From sequence record OR805295.1: a stretch of DNA of 64,000 bases. One strand, given 5' to 3'. A program made the position numbers and the translations under genes. Under the pieces are notes generated by a model. It searched no databases and had not been told where the DNA came from. It saw only the letters and a list, made by a program, of their open reading frames with translations. Positions within the stretch are counted from its first letter, which is position 1. Each line of letters starts with the position of its first letter. Below are positions 7,595 through 14,817 of the stretch, one piece after another.

Positions 7595-7819
7595 ATTAAG
7601 TCAAATACAAATGCAAATACAAATTATTCTTATTTGCACAGATCAGACCGGCAATCCCAATAACATTACTAACTTAGATGAAATGGCTTACTACAATGAA
7701 CCCTGAATACTGAAAAGTGCCTAAGAAGTAATTCCAGTTGTATCTAAAACACTATGTGTTATTATACATATAGTGTTTTTATTTCTTATAATTATATTCA
7801 ATAATAATGGTAAAAATAT

Positions 7820-8143
7820 ATGATTGAAGTAATTAAATGCATTATATGTAATGAATCACCCCGTCCGGGCGCATTTGCAGCATTTATTACTCAAATGCGT
7901 CAAGTAGTAAAACCTCATGCAACTATAACTAGTTGGAATATTCTGCCCGGCATTAATGATGATCCAACTAGTTATATTCATGCATTCAGTATAAAATCAA
8001 AAACAGCATACGATATTAATCAAGCGATTACCTTATTACTAATGTCATTATATAATGCTAGTGAATATAAGACTAGCTACACACCTACTTCGTTTAAAGA
8101 CTATGAATCTACAATAAAGCATTTATCTAAGATCAAACAATAA
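7820..8143 (+). CDS. hypothetical protein, 107 aa, N-terminal CxxC
   Basis: ORF track; weak RBS. Confidence 0.6.
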   Translation: MIEVIKCIICNESPRPGAFAAFITQMRQVVKPHATITSWNILPGINDDPTSYIHAFSIKSKTAYDINQAITLLLMSLYNASEYKTSYTPTSFKDYESTIKHLSKIKQ

Positions 8144-8207
8144 CCAGTTGCATATTTACAAATATACATGTATGCTAAAACATATACACAATCATGAGTA
8201 CATTATC

Positions 8208-8363
8208 ATGACAAAAGAAATTGCTTTTACTGAAGGAGTAAAAGCAGGCACTCAAATAAAAGAAGGCAAAGCTATCCTAACTGACTTCTTTCGATATTTC
8301 AATTCCTTACCAACTAATATGAGAACTTCTTTTATCATCGGTATCAAAACCGGTAGAAACTAA
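8208..8363 (+). CDS. small hypothetical protein (start uncertain, 8148 or 8208)
   Basis: In frame with listed ORF 8148..8363. Confidence 0.5.
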   Translation: MTKEIAFTEGVKAGTQIKEGKAILTDFFRYFNSLPTNMRTSFIIGIKTGRN

Positions 8364-8544
8364 TAAGCATATTAATTTTCATATTTTGGTAGACAAGGGT
8401 ACTCACTGGATGCATACTGTACACATACAGAACATACGGAGTACAAAGGGATGGATGCGCGTAGTCTGCTTAGCCTTATCGAAGACCTTCCTATAGCTGT
8501 CACGTCTGTTTTGACACCCTCTACCTCGCTTGCAAATAAAAAGG

Positions 8545-8573
8545 TTGACGCAGACTAGCATCGGACACATAAT
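8545..8573 (+). promoter_or_regulatory. sigma70-type early promoter
   Basis: TTGACG-17-CATAAT. Confidence 0.75.
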
Positions 8574-8611
8574 AACTATAACACAACGAAACAGCCCCGG
8601 AGGGCAAGCAA

Positions 8612-8917
8612 ATGGAAACCATCGGCCAAATCATCCTGCAACAACTGGGCGGCAATAAATTCATCGCAATGACTGGGGCTAAGGATTTCGTCCGCTCCGA
8701 TGCCGGCAAGTGGCTGCAATTCAAACTGCCTTCCAACTTCGCCAAAAATAAAATCAATTGCGTGAAAATCACCCTGACCCCTGCGGATTTGTACGATGTC
8801 GAATATCTGTACATTCGCGGGATGAACGTCAAAGAAGTGTCGGTTTCCCGTAGCATTTATGCCGACATGCTGCAAAAGGATTTCACCGAAAACACCGGGC
8901 TTGATACTCATCTGTAA
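8612..8917 (+). CDS. conserved phage hypothetical protein (ILQQLGGNKFIAMTGAK type), 101 aa
   Basis: GGAGG RBS; I recognise the N-terminal motif from many phages but know no function for it. Confidence 0.9.
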   Translation: METIGQIILQQLGGNKFIAMTGAKDFVRSDAGKWLQFKLPSNFAKNKINCVKITLTPADLYDVEYLYIRGMNVKEVSVSRSIYADMLQKDFTENTGLDTHL

Positions 8918-8932
8918 AAGTTTCGAAAAGGG

Positions 8933-8961
8933 TTGCATCATATTCCGACATCCCTTATACT
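8933..8961 (+). promoter_or_regulatory. sigma70-type early promoter
   Basis: TTGCAT-17-TATACT. Confidence 0.8.
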
Positions 8962-9000
8962 ATGCCCATACACAACGAAACAGACCCGGAGGGCAAAACT

Positions 9001-9150
9001 ATGTGCAACATCCAATGCATGAACAGCAAAGCCGGCGAGTCCTACGCATGGATTTGGAGCGATAGCGATAGCGATATCTGCTACGAAGTTATCTTCCGGC
9101 ATGGCCAAGTCCTCACCCAGGTTTGGCTCGGCTATGATATTGTAGCCTAA
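9001..9150 (+). CDS. 49-aa acidic early protein
   Basis: GGAGG RBS at 8988 gives ATG 9001; terminator follows. Confidence 0.75.
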   Translation: MCNIQCMNSKAGESYAWIWSDSDSDICYEVIFRHGQVLTQVWLGYDIVA

Positions 9151-9158
9151 CACCAACT

Positions 9159-9183
9159 AAAGCCCCGTCCCAGGCGGGGCTTT
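9159..9183. terminator. terminator-like hairpin
   Basis: AAAGCCCCG...CGGGGCTTT. Confidence 0.75.
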
Positions 9184-9199
9184 ACCGAAGGAAAAGATC

Positions 9200-9409
9200 A
9201 TGATCGAACAACTGAAAGACATGCTCGTAGCGCAACGCATGCGCATGAACCAACTCGAAAAACTGCGCTACACCGGACGGGTCGCTAGCGAGTTGCATGC
9301 CCACGCCAGGGAATTGTGTGAAGCCTTGGAACTGGCAATTGCAAATGCCCAGTGCCTGGAAATGCGCAAGCCCGAAGAAGCCACCCTGCACGCCCTGTTC
9401 GCACAATAA
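9200..9409 (+). CDS. hypothetical helical protein, 69 aa
   Basis: AAGGA RBS, GC3-rich codons. Confidence 0.75.
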   Translation: MIEQLKDMLVAQRMRMNQLEKLRYTGRVASELHAHARELCEALELAIANAQCLEMRKPEEATLHALFAQ

Positions 9410-9442
9410 CCCACCACGCACAACCCGACAAGGAAACCAACC

Positions 9443-9934
9443 ATGAGCACCACAATCCCCGATACGATTCATCCGAGTGACCTTCCCGAAATCGGCCAGC
9501 CTCTGGCTGATGGAACCTTCTTTGCCCGCCAATGGCTCAATGGCAAGGAATACGCATACGTCGATCTCGGCAAAAGCGCCGAGTTCACTGAAGAATGGGG
9601 CGAGTATGGGCAGGATGTGAACGGCGCCGCCAGCTACCGAGACGGAGCTTCGAACACGATCGCTATGGCTGAAGCTGGCAGCCCGATTGCCAAGCAAGCT
9701 ATGGAGATCGGAGAAGGCGTATTCATTCCTTCTGTTCTGGAACTGGCTCTTCTGTTCTCTGCCAAGCAAGCAGACGAGCTGTCTGGTTTCGCAGATCGCT
9801 GGTACTGGTCGAGTTCGCAGTACTCCGCCTGCGGCGCCTTCCGCATGCACTTCGGCGACGGCGAGGCTAGTGTCGCCATCAAGAGCAGCGCCTGGTTGGT
9901 CCGCCCCGTTCGCAAGATTCTCATCCTTCAGTAA
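9443..9934 (+). CDS. DUF1566 / Lcl C-terminal domain (C-type-lectin-like) protein
   Basis: GxxNT..M, FIPSxxEL, WYWSSSQYS and terminal VRPVRK motifs match the Pseudomonas-prophage DUF1566 family. Confidence 0.85.
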   Translation: MSTTIPDTIHPSDLPEIGQPLADGTFFARQWLNGKEYAYVDLGKSAEFTEEWGEYGQDVNGAASYRDGASNTIAMAEAGSPIAKQAMEIGEGVFIPSVLELALLFSAKQADELSGFADRWYWSSSQYSACGAFRMHFGDGEASVAIKSSAWLVRPVRKILILQ

Positions 9935-10011
9935 TATAGCCCCGGAGATAACACGATGAACCTGCACCTCTCCAAGCATTGTCTGCGCCAACGCGGGACC
10001 AAGGAACAATC

Positions 10012-10260
10012 ATGAGCATTGCAAGCTACCTCTTGTTGTCCACCATTGTCTTCAACAACAACACCTACGCTCGTTCGACGACAGTGGACACCATTGTGGT
10101 TCGTGACCTTAGCAAGGAAGACTGCGAGGCGCTCAAGCGTGAGCGCGAAGCAGTTGTGAAGAACATCCGGGCAAGGAACTTCGGTAGCTCTGGCGATACG
10201 AGTAGTATCACTGTGGGCTTTTCCAAACATAGCTGCACAAAGATGGAGGGTACGAAATAA
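10012..10260 (+). CDS. hypothetical protein with hydrophobic N-terminus
   Basis: AAGGA RBS before ATG 10012. Confidence 0.7.
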   Translation: MSIASYLLLSTIVFNNNTYARSTTVDTIVVRDLSKEDCEALKREREAVVKNIRARNFGSSGDTSSITVGFSKHSCTKMEGTK

Positions 10261-10333
10261 CTCAACTGGCCACGGCGAGCAAACATTGCCTGGCAGGTGC
10301 TAGCTGAACGCCTGGCGGAACAATAAATAAAAG

Positions 10334-10362
10334 TTGACGTAGCCGAGCGAAGGGCGCATAAT
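10334..10362 (+). promoter_or_regulatory. sigma70-type early promoter
   Basis: TTGACG-17-CATAAT, same type as 8545. Confidence 0.75.
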
Positions 10363-10401
10363 AATTACAACACAACACAGCAAGCCCCGGAGGGCGCAAC
10401 C

Positions 10402-10602
10402 ATGACCCAGATCGTAGATGTCAAGCAAATTGCAATTGATGCAAACCGTCGCCCGGCCTACAATGCGGTCATGGTGCGCTGGTTGATGCAGGAAGCTGAA
10501 TTGCACCGTAGCTGCGGACGCACCGCTACCCTGTTCTGCATCGTTCGCAACCGCCCTGACGGCACACAGCGCCAGCTTGTGCAGCTTGTGGCTAGCGAGT
10601 AA
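10402..10602 (+). CDS. hypothetical early protein, 66 aa
   Basis: GGAGG RBS and promoter. Confidence 0.8.
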   Translation: MTQIVDVKQIAIDANRRPAYNAVMVRWLMQEAELHRSCGRTATLFCIVRNRPDGTQRQLVQLVASE

Positions 10603-10632
10603 CCTCAATCACCCTACGCCCAGGAGGCCGTC

Positions 10633-10797
10633 ATGAATGCTGCACTGGCCAGACTTCAAAACGAACGTTGCATGTTACTTCGCCGGATGCTTTGCAGCAA
10701 ATGGCACGGATTCTGTTTTGCAGGTCACCCCTGGGCAGAACAAGCCCGCAATCTGCACGACGAATCCAAGTGCATCCGAGAACATTACAGTAAGTAA
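10633..10797 (+). CDS. 54-aa Cys/His-rich protein (not in ORF track)
   Basis: CAGGAGG RBS; MNAALARLQNERCMLLRRMLCSKWHGFCFAGHPWAEQARNLHDESKCIREHYSK. The listed 10637..10936 ORF begins in the wrong frame. Confidence 0.75.
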   Translation: MNAALARLQNERCMLLRRMLCSKWHGFCFAGHPWAEQARNLHDESKCIREHYSK

Positions 10798-10831
10798 TCC
10801 AATCCCACTGGATCTTACTGAGGATAAGATA

Positions 10832-10936
10832 ATGACCTACGCAGAACTAATAAAGAAACTACATAACATAGAAGCTAGTCATTATCTTTCCAATAATGAA
10901 GTTAATTTTCAAAACACAGGCAAGCAGGAGAATTAA
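10832..10936 (+). CDS. 34-aa peptide
   Basis: GAGGA RBS before ATG 10832. Confidence 0.5.
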   Translation: MTYAELIKKLHNIEASHYLSNNEVNFQNTGKQEN

Positions 10937-10937
10937 A

Positions 10938-11234
10938 ATGAATTGTGAACATTTTTTCCTCAGTGCAGTAAAAGAACTTCTGTCCCTGTACCACATTAAG
11001 AGTACTATTCAACAGTCTTCTGATAACCTCGAAGAATTGGTAGTAGTTATTACCGATACTGCTTTTGGTACTATCAGATATGTTGGAAATAACACTGGAT
11101 CGGTTATGTGTTATACTATGGGCGGTAATTACCCGTTGTATGATACTGAGTGTTATTCCAACCGAACTATGATAGATTGTGTTATGTTGATATCAGTTTG
11201 GTATTCAATGTTTCCGGCATTTGATAATAAGTAA
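10938..11234 (+). CDS. hypothetical protein
   Basis: AGCAGGAG RBS favours ATG 10938. Confidence 0.75.
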   Translation: MNCEHFFLSAVKELLSLYHIKSTIQQSSDNLEELVVVITDTAFGTIRYVGNNTGSVMCYTMGGNYPLYDTECYSNRTMIDCVMLISVWYSMFPAFDNK

Positions 11235-11490
11235 TATAATGGTTGTTCTATATAGTGTATGATGTTAGTTGTATACTATATAGAATAATTCTATTAACTG
11301 GGAGGGATTAATAAAAATATTTTCTTGACAATAGCAGGTATAGGATAATTCTATTATACTGAAAATTGTTATAGAAAAATATAGTTGACAAATTTTGAAA
11401 GTGATGAATTCCAACACCGGGTGGCTGTAAGCTGAGACGGTTAACATTCGGTGGCTGGTGGATTGTTACGCGGGTAGATTTTGAAATTCA

Positions 11491-11725
11491 CCGTCTATAG
11501 GTTCGTTCATAACACTTTCACTTACAAGTCACTTTCATTTATAAGTCATTTCCGTCTATAGGTTCACTTATAACACATATAAGTTACTTCCATTCGCTCA
11601 TAAGTCACTTTCGTTTATAAGCCACTTTCTCACTTTCATTTATAGGTCACATTCAATACTGTTACTACACACATTCAAACCTATAAGTCATTTCACTGTA
11701 TTGTACTGTACTGTACTGTACCGTA
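11491..11725 (+). repeat. non-coding array of degenerate ATAAGTCACTTTC-like repeats plus (CTGTA)6
   Basis: Copies near 11524, 11541, 11579, 11600, 11617, 11642 and 11683; CCGTCTATAGGTTC at 11491 and 11552; pentamer tandem at 11696-11725. Confidence 0.85.
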
Positions 11726-11831
11726 TCATATATACTTCATACAATTTTCTTCTTTATCATGCTGCTAGTAAACAATCTATGTTATTATGTGTAGAAATGT
11801 TGTATAGTGTATTATAGTAAGTATAGTATGA

Positions 11832-12065
11832 TTGCTATACATTATTCCTAATCTCATATTGTTGTTTAACTTTCCAAATCTGTCTCGGCTGTTCTACTTT
11901 ATGTCTCATAGTTACGTATTTTCTTTATCTAGGCGTATACGTAATAAACAAAGTAACTTTATAAAAAATTACTATAACTCATTAAAATGGGTATACGGTG
12001 AAAGAGACATTAATAGATATATTACACGATACACACTGAATAGAGCATTATATAGAGGCCATTAA
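11832..12065 (+). CDS. AT-rich hypothetical mini-ORF
   Basis: ORF track, part of head-to-tail run, no clear RBS. Confidence 0.4.
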   Translation: MLYIIPNLILLFNFPNLSRLFYFMSHSYVFSLSRRIRNKQSNFIKNYYNSLKWVYGERDINRYITRYTLNRALYRGH

Positions 12066-12071
12066 ATAAAA

Positions 12072-12281
12072 ATGTGTAGTATAATAAAAACATCTGTGTA
12101 TTATAATAATATTAATATATCTTCATATGTTACAATTATTAAACTGGCTACAACATATAGGTTAAAAGAATTTTCATACGTTGGAAATTTAAATATATCT
12201 TTAATACGCAATAAAACTTATGTTACATTGAGTGTAAGTAAATATGGTATAAAAATTAATGTTAATATTAGAAATATCTAG
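12072..12281 (+). CDS. AT-rich hypothetical mini-ORF
   Basis: ORF track, head-to-tail run. Confidence 0.45.
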   Translation: MCSIIKTSVYYNNINISSYVTIIKLATTYRLKEFSYVGNLNISLIRNKTYVTLSVSKYGIKINVNIRNI

Positions 12282-12418
12282 GTTAGCAAGGGTTATACGA
12301 TATGATACATTCCTTAATGCTAAATATACACTTTTTAATAGTATACCGAATTTAAGCATGTATAAAATAGGCATTGATGTTGATGATAACGTTATATCTA
12401 TAATAGTTTACCAAACAT

Positions 12419-12634
12419 ATGAATAAAATATTTTTAATTTCTAACAATATTAATTTAATGAAGTATAACATACTTTACTATTATTATTCTGCTATTGCAG
12501 TTAATACACATAAATTCTGGAAGGATAGAAGCTACGATATTGAAATAACATTTACAGGAGGCAATGCAATTATTCTGGAGTTGTTATTTCTAAATTGTAG
12601 AATAAAGGTTAGGAAACAATATGACTACGAATGA
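12419..12634 (+). CDS. AT-rich hypothetical mini-ORF
   Basis: ORF track, head-to-tail run. Confidence 0.45.
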   Translation: MNKIFLISNNINLMKYNILYYYYSAIAVNTHKFWKDRSYDIEITFTGGNAIILELLFLNCRIKVRKQYDYE

Positions 12635-12815
12635 GATTATACACTGCTCGCGTATTGTAGGGATGAACAGAATACGAAAATACATTGTTGTATTTTATAG
12701 ATGTGAGTTTAAAAGTTTATATATGCAGCTTAATAACGAGCTTGGCCATTGTGGAAGTTTAGGTTTAAAGTATAGAGACTTTGATTCAGATATACTTTTT
12801 CGTATAATTCGATAA
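12621..12815 (+). CDS. AT-rich hypothetical mini-ORF
   Basis: Overlaps previous stop; AGG upstream. Confidence 0.45.
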   Translation: MTTNEIIHCSRIVGMNRIRKYIVVFYRCEFKSLYMQLNNELGHCGSLGLKYRDFDSDILFRIIR

Positions 12816-12817
12816 TT

Positions 12818-13003
12818 ATGAATATATTTAAAATTAGTGTTTTATCATATGAAACAATGCAATTAGATACATTGCTTCGATATATTACAATACCCCAACA
12901 TGTACCTATAAAGACTGTTTCTATAGTATATTTAAATGATTCAAAATTTGAAGTATACATTATCTTTGATAATATGAATTATATAATACTCACACATGAA
13001 TAG
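12818..13003 (+). CDS. AT-rich hypothetical mini-ORF
   Basis: Starts 2 nt after previous stop. Confidence 0.5.
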   Translation: MNIFKISVLSYETMQLDTLLRYITIPQHVPIKTVSIVYLNDSKFEVYIIFDNMNYIILTHE

Positions 13004-13223
13004 TATTTTATTAAGATCTAGAATTCTATCATACGAAAATATAAATTCTTTTTTTAATATACTCTCGGCTATCAGTAGTAAGCGTAATCATACCTGGTCT
13101 GCTGTACGCAGCGTATCGTGCGAGTGTTTTAGAGACAATAATTACACACGGGTAAATTTCTCTGTTGAAACCTTTGCAGATAATACATTTACTTTAGCCA
13201 AATATAGAAGTAACAAAGCATAA
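12996..13223 (+). CDS. AT-rich hypothetical mini-ORF
   Basis: 8-nt overlap with previous ORF. Confidence 0.5.
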   Translation: MNSILLRSRILSYENINSFFNILSAISSKRNHTWSAVRSVSCECFRDNNYTRVNFSVETFADNTFTLAKYRSNKA

Positions 13224-13364
13224 CTCTATAATAACCATATATCAATATACACTAAGGTGAAGGGTGAATAGTATAAAATCGAAACTTGTATATAAAGAAA
13301 GTGGATCATACATGATAAAATGAATAAACATATAGGAATGGGTTATATGTGTGATTATGCTGTA

Positions 13365-13494
13365 GTGAAGTGTTGGGAGTGAAGTGTTGGGATGGATTGA
13401 TAGGGGTGAAGTGAAGTGAAATGATTGTATGGAGTGGGTGGAGTGGATTATCTACTAGCACAATTGATTTAAAAAAATGCGTGCTAGCTCCACC
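13365..13494 (+). repeat. purine-rich GTGAAGTG repeat cluster with downstream hairpin
   Basis: GTGAAGTGTTGGGA twice (13365-13392); GTGAAGTGAAGTGAAATGA (13406-13424); GGTGGAG..CTAGCAC pairs with GTGCTAG-CTCCACC (13438-13494). Confidence 0.75.
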
Positions 13495-13582
13495 ATTCTA
13501 AAAAAATAAAATCTTGCTATGCGAATGTATGCAGTTTTGCTATAATATTATTATATTTAATCTAATATAACGGAATTTTAAA

Positions 13583-13957
13583 ATGATATTTGTTTTTGGT
13601 AGTAATGAAGCGGGTCGCCATGGTGCGGGCGCAGCAAAATTTGCACTACAGCGTAAAGGTGCAATCTACGGTATCGGTGTAGGTCATCATGGACAAAGTT
13701 ATGCAATTCCTACTAAAGATCATAACATAATTACACTACCGTATGCTGATATAGAAAAATATGTTAAGCAGTTTTTAGAATATGCGAAAAATAATCCACA
13801 ATTGCAATTTCAGGTAACCCGAATTGGTTGTGGTTTAGCAGGTTTCACTGATAACGAAATAGCTCCGCTGTTTGTTACTGCATCAGATAATTGCTATTTC
13901 GATTGCGCCTGGTCGCCTTATCTTCCTAGCAATTTTAAATTTTGGGGAAGTTTATGA
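13583..13957 (+). CDS. A1S_2505-family phage protein, macrodomain-like
   Basis: IFVFGSNxxGxHGAGAA, GQSYAIPT and FxVTRIGCGLAG motifs. Confidence 0.85.
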   Translation: MIFVFGSNEAGRHGAGAAKFALQRKGAIYGIGVGHHGQSYAIPTKDHNIITLPYADIEKYVKQFLEYAKNNPQLQFQVTRIGCGLAGFTDNEIAPLFVTASDNCYFDCAWSPYLPSNFKFWGSL

Positions 13958-14169
13958 ATATAATAGAGAAAATACAAGACTATAATAGTGTTTTTGATAG
14001 AATAACAGTCTCGTATTTATTGCAATTAATAACAGGGAGTGAAAAGTTAATTAACTTTGATTTTATCAATATAAAGATAGTAACATATAAAACTAGTGTA
14101 ACTAGTAAACCTAGTGCAACATTAGAATATAGAACATGCAGTTTTCCTATAAAAATAGGATTAGTATAG
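13954..14169 (+). CDS. AT-rich hypothetical mini-ORF
   Basis: ATGA overlap with previous stop. Confidence 0.5.
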   Translation: MNIIEKIQDYNSVFDRITVSYLLQLITGSEKLINFDFINIKIVTYKTSVTSKPSATLEYRTCSFPIKIGLV

Positions 14170-14384
14170 TGAATAAACAAGCAGAATATATTCACGCATA
14201 CATTAAGGTATTAAGCGTCTGTTCTATTAATAAAATTATTAATAAGCGTGTGAACCATTTTAGTATATACATAACAGAAGTTATTCATGATTTTGATGGA
14301 AAATATTTAATTGTGAGAGCTAAATTTTATATTGTAGGTATTTACGGTTGTTATAGCAAGCCGGTTATATACAGATGCATATAG
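14136..14384 (+). CDS. AT-rich hypothetical mini-ORF (start uncertain)
   Basis: Head-to-tail run. Confidence 0.45.
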   Translation: MQFSYKNRISIVNKQAEYIHAYIKVLSVCSINKIINKRVNHFSIYITEVIHDFDGKYLIVRAKFYIVGIYGCYSKPVIYRCI

Positions 14385-14569
14385 ATATATTAGATTATTC
14401 AGCACGTTTCGGCAGAAGGTCTAATGCCGTATCTATGTTAATTTACCTTGCGTTTTTAACGGTTAATAGTAAACATATAAAAATAAAAATAGATAAATCG
14501 TCTAGGGTTTTCTTTTCTATAATAGAAAACAACAATTTAAGATATAGTATAGGTATAGTATGTCAGTAA
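14375..14569 (+). CDS. AT-rich hypothetical mini-ORF
   Basis: Head-to-tail run. Confidence 0.45.
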   Translation: MHIDILDYSARFGRRSNAVSMLIYLAFLTVNSKHIKIKIDKSSRVFFSIIENNNLRYSIGIVCQ

Positions 14570-14817
14570 AGGATATACTAATTTTATCTAATTTCTTTAA
14601 TAAAGAAAAGTCGATTGCATCTATTTGTCCCATGCTAACAGTAAATTCAAATCTTGCTCCTTTAGAAATGCCGTTCGAAAACATAAAACTTCTAACTGTA
14701 AATATACATTTTTCCAAAGCTACCTCAAACCACATAAAATATGAGTTTACTTTTGTAACAGACAACACCGTACTTAACAACTTAAATGGATATGCAGTGT
14801 ATATAAGACATGATTAA
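14560..14817 (+). CDS. AT-rich hypothetical mini-ORF
   Basis: Head-to-tail run. Confidence 0.5.
   Translation: MSVKDILILSNFFNKEKSIASICPMLTVNSNLAPLEMPFENIKLLTVNIHFSKATSNHIKYEFTFVTDNTVLNNLNGYAVYIRHD

Larger units (their letters stand above)
269..7637. promoter_or_regulatory. Dispersed array of about 19 Fur-box-like palindromes, self-consensus TGCAAATAAGAAT-n-ATTCTTATTTGCA
   Basis: 19-mer cores start at 272, 992, 1032, 1061, 1533, 1571, 1595, 1630, 1713, 1758, 1825, 2269, 2694, 3524, 4266, 5953, 6653, 6686 and 7616. Best matches: AATGCGAATAATTCTTATT (5953) and AATAAGAATTAATCGCATT (4266). The repeat is directly visible; Fur identity is inferred. Confidence 0.7.

Noticed and set aside
8450-8560. 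Short ORF MDARSLLSLIEDLPIAV... behind a TAGACA/CATACT promoter-like sequence
   Set aside because: Only about 35 codons, RBS spacing is poor and it runs into the next promoter; could be a remnant but I cannot support it.
9800-9915. Complete diversity-generating retroelement
   Set aside because: I found no template repeat, reverse transcriptase or Avd-like gene in the window; only the possible target is reported.
8521-10608. Long minus-strand ORFs including 9182..10009 (275 aa), 8576..8941 and 9928..10230
   Set aside because: GC3-rich sense genes leave few stops on the opposite strand; I saw no RBS or promoter supporting them.
11427-11437. GTAAGCTGAGA matches 11 nt of the Pseudomonas PrrF sRNA as I recall it
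   Set aside because: An 11-mer match to a roughly 115-nt query is expected by chance a few times in 64 kb on two strands. The seed and terminator of PrrF are absent.
11491-11725. Possible CRISPR mini-array
   Set aside because: Units are about 13 bp, degenerate and irregularly spaced with no unique 30-40 bp spacers; no cas genes.
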